DNA of 64,000 nucleotides from Thermodesulfobacteriota bacterium (GCA_034189135.1 JAXHVO010000128.1:16251-80250), one strand, 5' to 3'. Numbered from the stretch's first letter, positions 28,662-38,115 are shown. The notes: a model not told the origin generated them from the letters alone. Made by a program: numbers and translations.

Positions 28662-29648
28662 TCATTCCATGGCCCATCTAATCAGACAACTTCCCCAGGT
28701 ATAGCCTGCCCCAAATGCGGAAACGACAATCCAATCTCCTTTTGTTATCAGCCTTTCCTGGTAAGCTTCAGACATGGCAAGTGGTATGGTGGCGGCGGTG
28801 GTGTTCCCGTATTTATTTATATTAACCACCACGTGGTCCTCATCCAGCTCCATTTTTTTTGCCACTGCATCAATGATGCGAAAATTTGCCTGATGGGGAA
28901 TCAGAAACCGGATATCCTTTCCGGTTAGGTTATTTTTTTTCATAATCTGTATTGAGACGTCAGCCATATCCTTTACCGCACGTTTGAAGACCGCTTTTCC
29001 ATCCTGATAAACAAAATGTTTTCTCTTGCCGACGGTTTCCGGTGAAGCCGGTTCCAGGCTGCCCCCGGCACTTACATATAAAGATTTAAAACCGCTTCCG
29101 TCCATGTGAAGAATAGAGTCCTTTATGCCAAGATTGTCATTTGACGGCTCAATCAAGACGGCACCTGCGGCATCCCCAAATAAAACACAGGTGTTACGGT
29201 CCTCATAATCAATGATGGCACTCATCTTATCGGCGCCAATCACCATAACTTTTTGATGCTTTCCGTTTACGACAAATTGAGATGCGACGGATAAAGCGTA
29301 AACGAACCCGGTGCAACCCCCATTTAAATCGAACCCCCAGCAATTTGAGGCTTTCAGTTCTTTTTGGACTAGGGCAGCGGTTGCCGGAACCGGCATATCA
29401 GGTGATACAGTGGCCACGATGATTAAATCCAGCTCGTCCGCTGAAATATTTCTCTGTGAAAGGGCCATTTCAGCTGCTTTAACCGCCATGAAAGATGTCC
29501 CTTTACCTTTTCCCAGAATTCTTCTTTCTTTAATTCCGGTACGGGTGGTTATCCATTCATCATTGGTATCTACCATTTGTTCAAGGTCTTTATTGGTAAG
29601 TTTATTATCAGGAGCGAAATGCCCCACTGCGCTAATGATAGCTCGCAT
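28662..29648 (-). CDS. fabH: 3-oxoacyl-ACP synthase III (KAS III)
   Basis: It has GGCTGFVYAL (Cys), IPHQANFRI (His), KYGNTTAATIP (Asn) and a C-terminal GAGYTWGS. Confidence 0.85.
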   Translation of the reverse strand: MRAIISAVGHFAPDNKLTNKDLEQMVDTNDEWITTRTGIKERRILGKGKGTSFMAVKAAEMALSQRNISADELDLIIVATVSPDMPVPATAALVQKELKASNCWGFDLNGGCTGFVYALSVASQFVVNGKHQKVMVIGADKMSAIIDYEDRNTCVLFGDAAGAVLIEPSNDNLGIKDSILHMDGSGFKSLYVSAGGSLEPASPETVGKRKHFVYQDGKAVFKRAVKDMADVSIQIMKKNNLTGKDIRFLIPHQANFRIIDAVAKKMELDEDHVVVNINKYGNTTAATIPLAMSEAYQERLITKGDWIVVSAFGAGYTWGSCLIRWAME

Positions 29649-29763
29649 AAATATCCTCCCAAAAGATATTTTATTCTGGGTTATTAAAAGCGGTCCGGCA
29701 TCCGGACGTATGGGTGCCGACTCATTCAGTTGTATTCTTCAATGGACTCAAATTTAAGATAGT

Positions 29764-29804
29764 ATTAAATCAGGATGGTATCATATGAAATTGCCTGATT
29801 TAAT
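29764..29804. repeat. Hairpin with an 11-bp perfect stem in a divergent promoter region
   Basis: attaaatcagg (29764-29774) pairs with cctgatttaat (29794-29804) across a 19-nt loop. Confidence 0.7.
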
Positions 29805-29945
29805 ATCTTTAGCAGAACGATTTGTAAAGAGATATATTCACTTCAAGGTTCACTTTAAGATAAGTTGATACATAAATTCCTTTATGCTAAATCACCTAGA
29901 TGGATATTTAGATAACTATAAAATATTTGGTATAAGGGAGATAAG

Positions 29946-31643
29946 GTGGGAAAATATCAAAATATAAAGCAGTTATTGGAAAAAATATATGGTGAAGAAA
30001 AGGGTAGGCGGGCGTTTACTAAAATTTATTCACTAATGAAAAAATATCCCATAAGCCCAAAAAGGAATAACGGATATTTTTCCCAGGATGATGTTATACT
30101 GATTACCTATGGTGATACTTTATATAAAAACGGGGAAAAGCCTCTGTTTACGATTCATGAATTTACCAGTAGATTCTTAGCGGGCACATTTTCACATATA
30201 CACGTTTTACCCTTTTACCCTTTTTCATCGGATGACGGTTTTTCAGTGATGGATTTTTTTTCGGTAAACCCTACACTGGGTTCCTGGCAGGATATAGACT
30301 CAGCCGGGACCGATTTTAAGCTGATGTTTGATCTGGTGCTGAATCATATTTCGGCAAAAAGCAAATGGTTTGAATATTATTTGGAAAAAAAAGAAGGATT
30401 TAAAGATTTTGCCATAGAAGTCGATCCGTCCATTGACCTTTCGGCGGTTACCCGGCCCCGCTCTCTTCCCCTTTTAACTGAAGTCAAAAAACAATCGGGC
30501 GAAATTGTCCACGTCTGGACCACATTCAGTGCGGACCAGATCGACCTGAACTTTAAAAGTATTGATGTGCTTGAAAAAATGGTTGAGGTGCTTTTATTCT
30601 ACGTGCATAAAGGAGCAGCCATTATACGGCTGGATGCGATTGCATATTTGTGGAAAGAAACAGGAACAAGCTGTATTCATCTTAAGCAGACCCATGAGGT
30701 GGTGAAACTGTTTCGCCTCATACTGGATGAAGTTGCCCCACATGTGATGATACTTACAGAGACCAATGTGCCGCACCATGAAAATATAAGCTATTTTGGC
30801 GACGGCGATAATGAGGCGCAAATGGTCTATAACTTTACCCTTCCGCCACTTTTATTGTATTCATTTTTAAAAGAAGATACATCCGTTTTATCTAACTGGG
30901 CCAAGGGGTTGGATTTAAAATCCGACAGCAATACTTTTTTTAATTTTACCGCTTCCCATGACGGCATAGGGGTCAGGCCCCTTGAAGGGATATTGCCGGT
31001 GGAAGAGATTCACTTTCTTGTTGAAACCATCAAGAACAACGGGGGGAGAGTTTCCTGTAAAAAGAATTCAGATGGTTCCGAAAGCCCTTATGAGTTGAAT
31101 ATCACCTATGTGGATGCACTCTTAAATAGGAAGTTTGATCCAGACAGGTATCACGCCCAAAGGTTTCTGGCATCTCAGGCGATCCAGTATGTTCTTCCCG
31201 GGGTGCCTGCCACCTATATTCACAGCCTGATAGGCTCAAGAAATTGGGAAGAGGGAGTCAGGGAAACCGGGGTGGCGAGAGCCATAAACAGGAAAAAATT
31301 ACGATCGGATGATGTGATATCACAACTGGAAAATTATGACACTTTTCGTTTCAGCATTTTTTATGCTTATATCCATATGATAAAGGTTAGAAAAAAGCAA
31401 TCCGCCTTTCATCCAAATGCCGGGTTTGACATACTGCATATTGATCCGAGAATCTTTACCATTGCCAGGTATGGCGAAGATCAAACCATATATGCGCTGA
31501 CCAATATATCATCATTGCAGGTTTCTTGTACATTGAAAAGAGGCGGTGTGCCTCCCTTGATGAAGGATCTTCTAACAGGAGAGATGTTCTCAATAAATTC
31601 AATACGACTAAATCCGTATCAGTTTATATGGCTTACCGTTTAA
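29946..31643 (+). CDS. GH13 sucrose-phosphorylase-like sugar phosphorylase
   Basis: It has FDLVLNHIS, IIRLDAIAYLWKE (nucleophile Asp), ILTETNVPHHEN (acid/base Glu) and FTASHDGIG. It uses a GTG start with a GGGAG Shine-Dalgarno sequence. Confidence 0.8.
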   Translation: MGKYQNIKQLLEKIYGEEKGRRAFTKIYSLMKKYPISPKRNNGYFSQDDVILITYGDTLYKNGEKPLFTIHEFTSRFLAGTFSHIHVLPFYPFSSDDGFSVMDFFSVNPTLGSWQDIDSAGTDFKLMFDLVLNHISAKSKWFEYYLEKKEGFKDFAIEVDPSIDLSAVTRPRSLPLLTEVKKQSGEIVHVWTTFSADQIDLNFKSIDVLEKMVEVLLFYVHKGAAIIRLDAIAYLWKETGTSCIHLKQTHEVVKLFRLILDEVAPHVMILTETNVPHHENISYFGDGDNEAQMVYNFTLPPLLLYSFLKEDTSVLSNWAKGLDLKSDSNTFFNFTASHDGIGVRPLEGILPVEEIHFLVETIKNNGGRVSCKKNSDGSESPYELNITYVDALLNRKFDPDRYHAQRFLASQAIQYVLPGVPATYIHSLIGSRNWEEGVRETGVARAINRKKLRSDDVISQLENYDTFRFSIFYAYIHMIKVRKKQSAFHPNAGFDILHIDPRIFTIARYGEDQTIYALTNISSLQVSCTLKRGGVPPLMKDLLTGEMFSINSIRLNPYQFIWLTV

Positions 31644-31696
31644 GGTAACTGCAACTAAATGGTATCTATCGGAAAATTGGCTCAAAAATTGGTCTT

Positions 31697-31978
31697 TTAA
31701 TTGCCGTTAATTTTATCTCTGAGTTTTCCGGAGCATTTAAATGTGACGACTTTTCTTTCTCTAAGGATTAAGTCTGAACCTGTAGCCGGGTTTCGACCTC
31801 GACGCTGGTTCTTGTGCTTTACGCAAAATTTTCCAAATCCGGAAATCAGCACATCCTCCCCTTTTTCCAGAGTACCTTTAATAATTTCCAACAGGGATTC
31901 GACGATATCAACCGAGTGTTTTTTGGTAAAGCCGAGATCGTGTATTTTAACAACAATATCATTCTTGGTTAATGCCAT
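31697..31978 (-). CDS. ihfA: Integration host factor alpha-like (HU/IHF family) DNA-binding protein
   Basis: MALTKNDIV..., GFGKFCVKHKNQRRGRNPATG and VVTFKCSGKLRDKI closely parallel the E. coli IHF-alpha blocks as I remember them. Confidence 0.85.
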   Translation of the reverse strand: MALTKNDIVVKIHDLGFTKKHSVDIVESLLEIIKGTLEKGEDVLISGFGKFCVKHKNQRRGRNPATGSDLILRERKVVTFKCSGKLRDKINGN

Positions 31979-32053
31979 GTTTCCTCCTAAAAGAACGTGT
32001 TCAGTTTTAATCCATAATGAGTTGATGTTAATTAATTAATTTGACAATTAACG

Positions 32054-32230
32054 TCAACGGTTATTTTTTGGTTGTGTATTAGGTGGTTTTTCACCGGTAT
32101 GACTTGTGGCCTGATCCGGCACATCCTGTTTGACAGGAATAATATTTTCTATTTTTTTCATTGTGTTATCTATATTTTTTATTATTCCGTTAATTTCAGC
32201 CTTTAATTTTTCATGGTCACTGTCAGTCAT
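32054..32230 (-). CDS. Hypothetical 58-aa protein (below the ORF-track cutoff)
   Basis: I translated it by hand: MTDSDHEKLKAEINGIIKNIDNTMKKIENIIPVKQDVPDQATSHTGEKPPNTQPKNNR. No Shine-Dalgarno sequence is visible, so it may not be real. Confidence 0.2.
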   Translation of the reverse strand: MTDSDHEKLKAEINGIIKNIDNTMKKIENIIPVKQDVPDQATSHTGEKPPNTQPKNNR

Positions 32231-32584
32231 AAAAGTTTTTTACTATCCTGGGTGTTGGGAAATTTGATTTACCGAAGGTCGGTTAATTTTTATGAGTTCA
32301 TAAATTTTTCTATCAAGTATATAAATATACGAAAATAATGGATATGTCAAGTTTCAAACAGTAATTTTCTAAAATTATTGGCAATAAACAATATTTAAGG
32401 CTTGATGAAACGGTTAAGGGGTTATGTTGTTAACCCATTGTTATAATATGCCATATCGATTATATATCTGCAAATTGGGCGTTTGATGCTGGAAAATTTA
32501 TAAAATACGGGAATAATTATTTTTTCTCTCAACAATCCAATGGGGTCTATGTTTTTAGCGGCAAGTTATCTTATCTGCCCTGGG

Positions 32585-32809
32585 TTACCTATTATCTCTA
32601 AACACTTTTTTTATTCCGGATTTTACCAGAGAAGGGTTTAATAAAAGCGTGAATTTTTTCGCTCCTCTGGCATCAACAAAGGTATTGCTAAAAGTGAATT
32701 CCGCCTTCTTTAAAATTTTAACATTTTTATCCATTAATATAAAATGGTAATTTAAAGCCGTAAAAATCAAAGCGCCGGTAATGACAAGGATTAACAAAGG
32801 CTTTTTCAT
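32585..32809 (-). CDS. Hypothetical small membrane-anchored protein
   Basis: The 74-aa product has an N-terminal TM/signal anchor (MKKPLLILVITGALIFTAL). No family was recognised. Confidence 0.35.
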   Translation of the reverse strand: MKKPLLILVITGALIFTALNYHFILMDKNVKILKKAEFTFSNTFVDARGAKKFTLLLNPSLVKSGIKKVFRDNR

Positions 32810-32910
32810 TTAAATTCTCCCAAATACAGACGATTTCATACCTTTTTGACAGAGATACGCTTTAAACACGGATCACCTGAATGCTCAAGGGTGCATATTT
32901 TTTTTACAGG

Positions 32911-33405
32911 CTAAATCAGGCTTTCCAGGCTAAGATCCGGGTCTTTTTTATCAAATCCTTCATCGGATATCAGCGATTCAAAAAAGATTTCTATTATATC
33001 TTTATGATGAACAAATTTATCTTTTAGTAATTGCATAAATTTCTCATAACCCGGTTGGTTGAAAAGTCGGTCGATTTCAGATGCTTTTTTGTTCAGTTGA
33101 CCGCAGTATTTTTCCCTAACCGTTTTGGGTGTGGTTCCTTTTGCCTTGGCAACCTTGTTGGTTGCCTGTACTCTTGAAAGCCCGTTTATTTCTATTTCAT
33201 AAATAACTTCAAAAATTTGGGCCAATGCATCTGGTATTCCCTTGATATCAATGCTGGTATCCTTTCCGGCTTTCGGGTTTTTCGTGGTTTTTTGACCGAA
33301 AAGGAGCCGGTTTAAAACGGAGTTTGGGGTATCGGTAAATGGTTCGGCAAAGTTTTTTAAATGATTCCAGATCTTATCATCTATTTCAATCTGATGCATT
33401 TTCAT
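32911..33405 (-). CDS. Hypothetical DNA-binding-like protein with a SeqA-N/ribbon-helix-helix-like N-terminus
   Basis: The start is set at ATG 33405 (AGGAGG 6 nt upstream). MKMHQIEIDDKIWNHLKNFAEPFTDTPNSVLNRLL parallels the E. coli SeqA N-terminus [33 protein letters not shown] (from memory). The central region (GLSRVQATNKVAKAKGTTPKTVREKY) looks HTH-like. Confidence 0.5.
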   Translation of the reverse strand: MKMHQIEIDDKIWNHLKNFAEPFTDTPNSVLNRLLFGQKTTKNPKAGKDTSIDIKGIPDALAQIFEVIYEIEINGLSRVQATNKVAKAKGTTPKTVREKYCGQLNKKASEIDRLFNQPGYEKFMQLLKDKFVHHKDIIEIFFESLISDEGFDKKDPDLSLESLI

Positions 33406-33547
33406 TTTTTTCCTCCTGCCAGCCATAGTATCTTTATTACACGAAAGTTTTTCGAATATGTCAAGTGCGTTATCGTCTTTGTTGACTTTTGTTACTGCTG
33501 AATTTTGCCTGAGTTGGCGACGTTAATATGCATTTTAATCATTGGGT

Positions 33548-33634
33548 CTAAAAAGAACGGTAAATGATAATTCCCAGTATAATTACTCCCAGCAACAGGG
33601 AAAATATCAACTGATCGGTATTAAACCTAGGCAA
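33548..33634 (-). CDS. Possible 28-aa single-TM micropeptide (TTG start)
   Basis: I translated it by hand: (M)PRFNTDQLIFSLLLGVIILGIIIYRSF. GAGGAG lies 9 nt upstream of the TTG. The only possible start is non-ATG. Confidence 0.2.
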   Translation of the reverse strand: MPRFNTDQLIFSLLLGVIILGIIIYRSF

Positions 33635-33756
33635 AATTCAGCACTCCTCAGCGGTGGATGTACCTTGGGATGTGATAAAAACTCGGTTAAATTTTATACG
33701 TTGCATTCAGATTTCCCCCGGGTCAGGAGCCTTGAAATGATAAGCGGATTGCCGGT

Positions 33757-34974
33757 TTACTCCTTATCCAGTCCGAATGCGGTATGGAGAACTCGAACGG
33801 CAAGTTCGGTGTATTTTTCTTCAATAATGCAGGAAATTCTGATTTCAGAGGTACTGATCATGATGATATTGATATTTTCTTTGGCCAGTGTGTGAAACAT
33901 AATGGATGCGACACCTGAATGGTTTTTCATTCCCACACCGATTACGGAAACCTTTGCAATATTTTTATCCCCGAAAACATCCTGAGCACCAATTTTTTCA
34001 GCCACTTTTTTTTCTATTTCCAGAGCTTTGGTAAAATCTGCCTTGGGAACGGTAAATGTCAAATCTGTCTGCCCGCCGGCTCGAGTGTTTTGGATAATCA
34101 TATCGACAAGAATGCCGGATTCTGAAATCGGGGTGAAAATTTTGGCCGCCACTCCCGGTTGATCCGGGACTTTTTTTAAAGTGATGCGGGCTTCATCTTT
34201 GTTGTGTGTTACCCCCGATACAACAAGTTGTTCCATACCGGAGTCTTCATCAACAACCATGGTTCCCTCCTCTTCGTTAAATGATGATCTTACATGTAAG
34301 GGGATATTGTATTTTTTTGCAAAACCGACTGAACGGATTTGAAGGACTTTGGCACCAAGGCTTGCCATGTTAAGCATTTCATCATAGGAAATTTCTTTTA
34401 TTTTCCTTGCCTTTTTGCAGATATTGGGATCAGCGGTAAAGATTCCATCCACATCCGTATAAATTTCGCAGATATCAGCCTTTATTGCTGCTGCAATGGC
34501 CACGGCAGATGTATCTGAACCGCCCCGACCGAGGGTGGTGATATTCCCTTGCGTATCACATCCCTGGAAACCGGCGACCACCACAATGTTTCTTTTGGCT
34601 AGCATTTTTTTAATACGGTTTGCCCCAATTTCAAGAATACGGGCATTACCAAAGGTATGGTCGGTTACGACTTCCGCCTGATATCCGAGTAGAGATTGAG
34701 CAGGATAGTTCATCGATTGCAGGGTGATCGATAGAAGTGCAGCAGTGGTTTGTTCCCCCGTAGCGATCAGCACGTCAAGCTCTCGTTTATCGGGTGAATG
34801 GGTGACTTTATTCGCCATTTCTATAAGATCGTCGGTAACCCCTGCCATGGCTGAAAGAATGACGACCACATCATTTTGCTGATCATAGGTTTTTGCCACC
34901 CGTTTGGCAACACTGTGAATGCGGTTAATGTCAGCCACGGATGTGCCACCGAATTTTTGAACAATTAAACCCAT
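33757..34974 (-). CDS. lysC: Aspartate kinase
   Basis: It has MGLIVQKFGGTSVAD and VVVLSAMAGVTD, with two C-terminal ACT domains. Confidence 0.9.
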   Translation of the reverse strand: MGLIVQKFGGTSVADINRIHSVAKRVAKTYDQQNDVVVILSAMAGVTDDLIEMANKVTHSPDKRELDVLIATGEQTTAALLSITLQSMNYPAQSLLGYQAEVVTDHTFGNARILEIGANRIKKMLAKRNIVVVAGFQGCDTQGNITTLGRGGSDTSAVAIAAAIKADICEIYTDVDGIFTADPNICKKARKIKEISYDEMLNMASLGAKVLQIRSVGFAKKYNIPLHVRSSFNEEEGTMVVDEDSGMEQLVVSGVTHNKDEARITLKKVPDQPGVAAKIFTPISESGILVDMIIQNTRAGGQTDLTFTVPKADFTKALEIEKKVAEKIGAQDVFGDKNIAKVSVIGVGMKNHSGVASIMFHTLAKENINIIMISTSEIRISCIIEEKYTELAVRVLHTAFGLDKE

Positions 34975-35456
34975 TTAATCCTCTTGTTATATCTTTTGCT
35001 GTGTTCCAAATTTTTTATCAGATAATTGTGTTTCCCGCCGTATGCAGCTATATTGATCATCCTTGATTCGTCAGCTAAAATTTCAAATCTCATATCTATA
35101 TAATCGGAGGTGAAATCATCCAACAGCCTGTCCGCCCATTCAATTGCGATTACATTATCGCTGGCAAGTATGTCGTAAAAACCTAACTCGTCTAAATCAG
35201 AAAAATGTTCTATACGATAAAGATCGACATGAAACAATCGATATCGGCCCGGATATTCGTTTATTAAGGTAAATGTTGGACTGGTTATATAATATTTTTC
35301 AGAAACATCAAGGCCTTTTGCAAGCCCTTGGACGAAAGAAGTCTTCCCGCTGCCCAGATCGCCGGTTAGAGCAAAAATAGCTCCTGAATTGAGCATTTTC
35401 CCCATATTTTTTCCTAAAGACTGTGTTTCGTCAAGGGAATGTGTGGTTAGTTCCAT
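34965..35456 (-). CDS. tsaE: tRNA t6A37 biosynthesis ATPase TsaE (YjeE)
   Basis: It has a P-loop (LTGDLGSGKTSFVQGLAKGL) and the SPTFTLINEY and HVDLYR blocks. Confidence 0.85.
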   Translation of the reverse strand: MELTTHSLDETQSLGKNMGKMLNSGAIFALTGDLGSGKTSFVQGLAKGLDVSEKYYITSPTFTLINEYPGRYRLFHVDLYRIEHFSDLDELGFYDILASDNVIAIEWADRLLDDFTSDYIDMRFEILADESRMINIAAYGGKHNYLIKNLEHSKRYNKRIKWV

Positions 35457-37003
35457 TAAACAATCAATTTGATTTGACCGGGTATGGCGTTCATGACTTC
35501 AGTTGCCAGATAACCGAAAGGCCCGACTTTTTCCGCAAGCGTGTCAGCGGCTGCACCATGGAGGTATACCCCTGTGTGAGTGGCAGATTCGGCTGAATAT
35601 CCCTGGGCAACCAGGCCAGTAATAATTCCGGTAAGAACATCCCCCATTCCGCCGGATGCCATTCCGGGATTTCCGGTGGGGTTAATAAATACATGGCCCT
35701 CAGGGTGGGCAATGATGGTTTTTGCGCCTTTTAGTACAACATGGGCATTATATTTTTCGGCGAATCTTCGAGCACAGGTGATGCGGTCTTTCTGGACCAA
35801 ATCGGCAGTTGAATCTATCAGCCTGGCCATTTCTCCGGGATGAGGGGTTAAAATTACCGGGGCCGTTGTTTTTTTTAATATTTCAGTGCTGCCGGCTATA
35901 TGATTCAGTCCGTCCGCATCAATGACCATCGTTACCGGGCTTTCCTGTATGATTCGATGAACCAACTTTTTCGTTTCAGCAGCATCTCCAAGACCCGGTC
36001 CTATGGCAAGGCATTTTTTTCCGGATAGCAGATCCATAATTGTATTAAATGATGATTCACCGATCCTTCCGTTTTGAGTATGCGGAAGGGGACAGGTCAT
36101 TGCTTCAACAACCTGTGTTTCTAAAACAGGATTTAAGCTTTGCGGTAGGGCAAGGGTGACCAGACCGGCACCTGCACGCATGGCAGACATGGCTGTCATG
36201 GCAGCGGCTCCGGTTTTTCCAACGGAACCCGAAATAACCAGAGCATGACCCGCAGTGCCCTTGTGATAATCAGGGGCTCTGGGTTTTAAAGCATTGCGAA
36301 TTGTTTCCAATGTCAGGAGGTGTTGTTTGGGTCTGATATTTTTTGCAATAAGGTCAGGTATTCCGATATCAATGATCTCAAGGTATCCGGTGAACTCTGC
36401 TCCCGGTAAGAGTATATGGCCTAGTTTGGCAAATGCAAAAGTTGCAGTGGCTTGAGCACGGATGCACGTCCCACAAACCTGGCCTGTATCAGAATTTAAG
36501 CCGGACGGAATATCTACCGAAAAAACAGGTTTGCCAAGGGTGTTTATAAATTCGATGATCTGCTTAAAATATCCTGTTACATCTGATTTCAAACCGGTAC
36601 CGAGTAAAGCATCCACCCAGATTTTTTGATGGCGCATACCTGTTTTATGTGCCAAAAAAGCCTGTTCATCGGGTATTTCGATGACCGGAACATTAAGTGG
36701 GGCTAACAGCTTAAGGTTTGCGGCAGCATCGCCTTGAACCCTGGTTTTTTGCGCCAGAAGATATACCGTCACATCCGACCCTTTTTGAGCAAGATAACGG
36801 GCAATGACAAAGCCATCTCCGCCATTGTTTCCACGTCCTGCAAGCACGCCGACCGTTTTATGAACAATATCATCAAATTGATCAAAAATGACGCGCGTTG
36901 CACCCCTTCCGGCATTTTCCATCAGAACCCTTCCGGGGATGCCGAACGATTCAATGGTTTGCCGGTCCATTTGCTGGATTTCACCGGCGGTAACTAGGTA
37001 CAT
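35456..37003 (-). CDS. nnr: Bifunctional NAD(P)H-hydrate repair enzyme (epimerase/dehydratase, YjeF)
   Basis: The N-terminal YjeF_N domain has GRGNNGGDGFV. The C-terminal carbohydrate-kinase-like domain has HKGTAGHALVISGS and NPGMASGGMGDVLTG. The start is set at ATG 37003. Confidence 0.85.
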   Translation of the reverse strand: MYLVTAGEIQQMDRQTIESFGIPGRVLMENAGRGATRVIFDQFDDIVHKTVGVLAGRGNNGGDGFVIARYLAQKGSDVTVYLLAQKTRVQGDAAANLKLLAPLNVPVIEIPDEQAFLAHKTGMRHQKIWVDALLGTGLKSDVTGYFKQIIEFINTLGKPVFSVDIPSGLNSDTGQVCGTCIRAQATATFAFAKLGHILLPGAEFTGYLEIIDIGIPDLIAKNIRPKQHLLTLETIRNALKPRAPDYHKGTAGHALVISGSVGKTGAAAMTAMSAMRAGAGLVTLALPQSLNPVLETQVVEAMTCPLPHTQNGRIGESSFNTIMDLLSGKKCLAIGPGLGDAAETKKLVHRIIQESPVTMVIDADGLNHIAGSTEILKKTTAPVILTPHPGEMARLIDSTADLVQKDRITCARRFAEKYNAHVVLKGAKTIIAHPEGHVFINPTGNPGMASGGMGDVLTGIITGLVAQGYSAESATHTGVYLHGAAADTLAEKVGPFGYLATEVMNAIPGQIKLIV

Positions 37004-37070
37004 TCTTTTCTCCAATATTAAAGATGAGCGCTTCGCACCAGACTCCGCCTTCGGCTAGGCCTCGGTAAGC

Positions 37071-37200
37071 CGGGTTCAAGGTTCAAGTTAATTTGTTTGC
37101 ATATCAAGTAAGTGTTTCGAGTTACGAGTTACGAGTTGCGAGTTGTCAATCGGAAACGATCCTTTTTTATACCCCTTAACCCGAAACGCGCAACCCGCAA
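37071..37200. repeat. Low-complexity repeat element: GGTTCAA units, four (A)CGAGTT(A/G) heptamers and a complementary AACCCG(A/C) arm
   Basis: It contains gggttcaaggttcaag (37071-37086). The left arm is gtttcgagttacgagttacgagttgcgagttg (37113-37144) and the right arm is cttaacccgaaacgcgcaacccgcaac (37174-37200). The unit types match those at 19708-20041. Confidence 0.75.
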
Positions 37201-37273
37201 CAATATCGCATGACAGAAAAAGAAACTGTTGCCAAATAAAACTGGTAAGTTGCGTTGTAGGTTTGTTAAGCGT

Positions 37274-37993
37274 CTATAGCTCTTTTATCAGCGCCAGCAT
37301 CTCCCTGACCGCCCTTTCCATCCCAACCAGCGCAGCTCTTGAGACGATGCTGTGGCCGATGCTGAATTCGTCAATTTCTTTAAGGCCCTTAAAGGCCTTT
37401 ATGGTATTATAGCATATTCCATGACCGACATTAACGCCAAGCCTCAACTTGTATGCAAGCTTTACCGCGTCTACAATCTTGCTGAAAGCTTGCTTTTTTT
37501 TCTTAGACGTGGTGGCATCGCAGAATGTTCCGGTATGGATTTCAACCATATTGGCATTTGCCTGATGGGCCAGCTTTAACTGTTCCGGTTTAGGATCTAT
37601 GAAAACGCTGACCGGAATACCGCTGTTTTGAAGCATTCCAATGGTTTCAGTAACCGCGGTTTTGTGAACAACAAGATCCAGGCCACCCTCGGTGGTAATT
37701 TCTTCACGTCTTTCCGGGACCAGAGTCACCAGATCAGGCTTGATATCCAGTGCAATCCCGAGCATCTCGGTGGTTGAAGCCATTTCGAGAATAAGTTTGG
37801 TTTGAACCACTTTACGTAATATTCTGACATCACGATCCTGAATGTGTCGTCTGTCACCGCGGAGGTGGACAACGATGCCGTCGGCGCCGGCAAGTTCGGC
37901 CAATACGGCTGCCGCCACAGGATCGGGATAAGAAACACCACGGGACTGTCTTAAAGTTGCAATATGATCGACGTTTACTGCTAAACCAGCCAT
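37274..37993 (-). CDS. pdxJ: Pyridoxine 5'-phosphate synthase
   Basis: MAGLAVNVDHIATLRQSRGVSYPDPVAAAVLAELAGADGIVVHLRGDRRHIQDRDV is near-canonical PdxJ. The start is moved to ATG 37993. Confidence 0.9.
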   Translation of the reverse strand: MAGLAVNVDHIATLRQSRGVSYPDPVAAAVLAELAGADGIVVHLRGDRRHIQDRDVRILRKVVQTKLILEMASTTEMLGIALDIKPDLVTLVPERREEITTEGGLDLVVHKTAVTETIGMLQNSGIPVSVFIDPKPEQLKLAHQANANMVEIHTGTFCDATTSKKKKQAFSKIVDAVKLAYKLRLGVNVGHGICYNTIKAFKGLKEIDEFSIGHSIVSRAALVGMERAVREMLALIKEL

Positions 37994-38115
37994 TGATAGC
38001 CTCCTATAAATTAAATCCAAACATATTTGTTTAGCCAAGCGAAAAACATGCCCGGATGAACCCGGCACCCAGACGTCTACGTGCCGACGGATTTTTAACG
38101 TTCCGATTTATTTCG

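Noticed and set aside
28654-28664. The convergent DHH and fabH genes are separated by only 5 nt, and fabH is not next to other fab genes.
   Set aside because: Tight convergent packing and stand-alone KAS III genes are both common. The catalytic Cys/His/Asn are intact, and nothing further is unusual.
33757-35456. I looked for a lysine riboswitch upstream of lysC and a cobalamin riboswitch upstream of icmF.
   Set aside because: lysC overlaps the preceding tsaE gene by 10 nt, and icmF is 62 nt from the TetR stop. There is no room for a leader RNA in either case.
37113-37144. Tandem heptamers (CGAGTTA x4), considered as a CRISPR array or a phase-variable microsatellite.
   Set aside because: The units are 7 nt with no spacers, so this is not a CRISPR array. 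The locus is intergenic and not in a promoter-spacer or coding position that would give phase variation.
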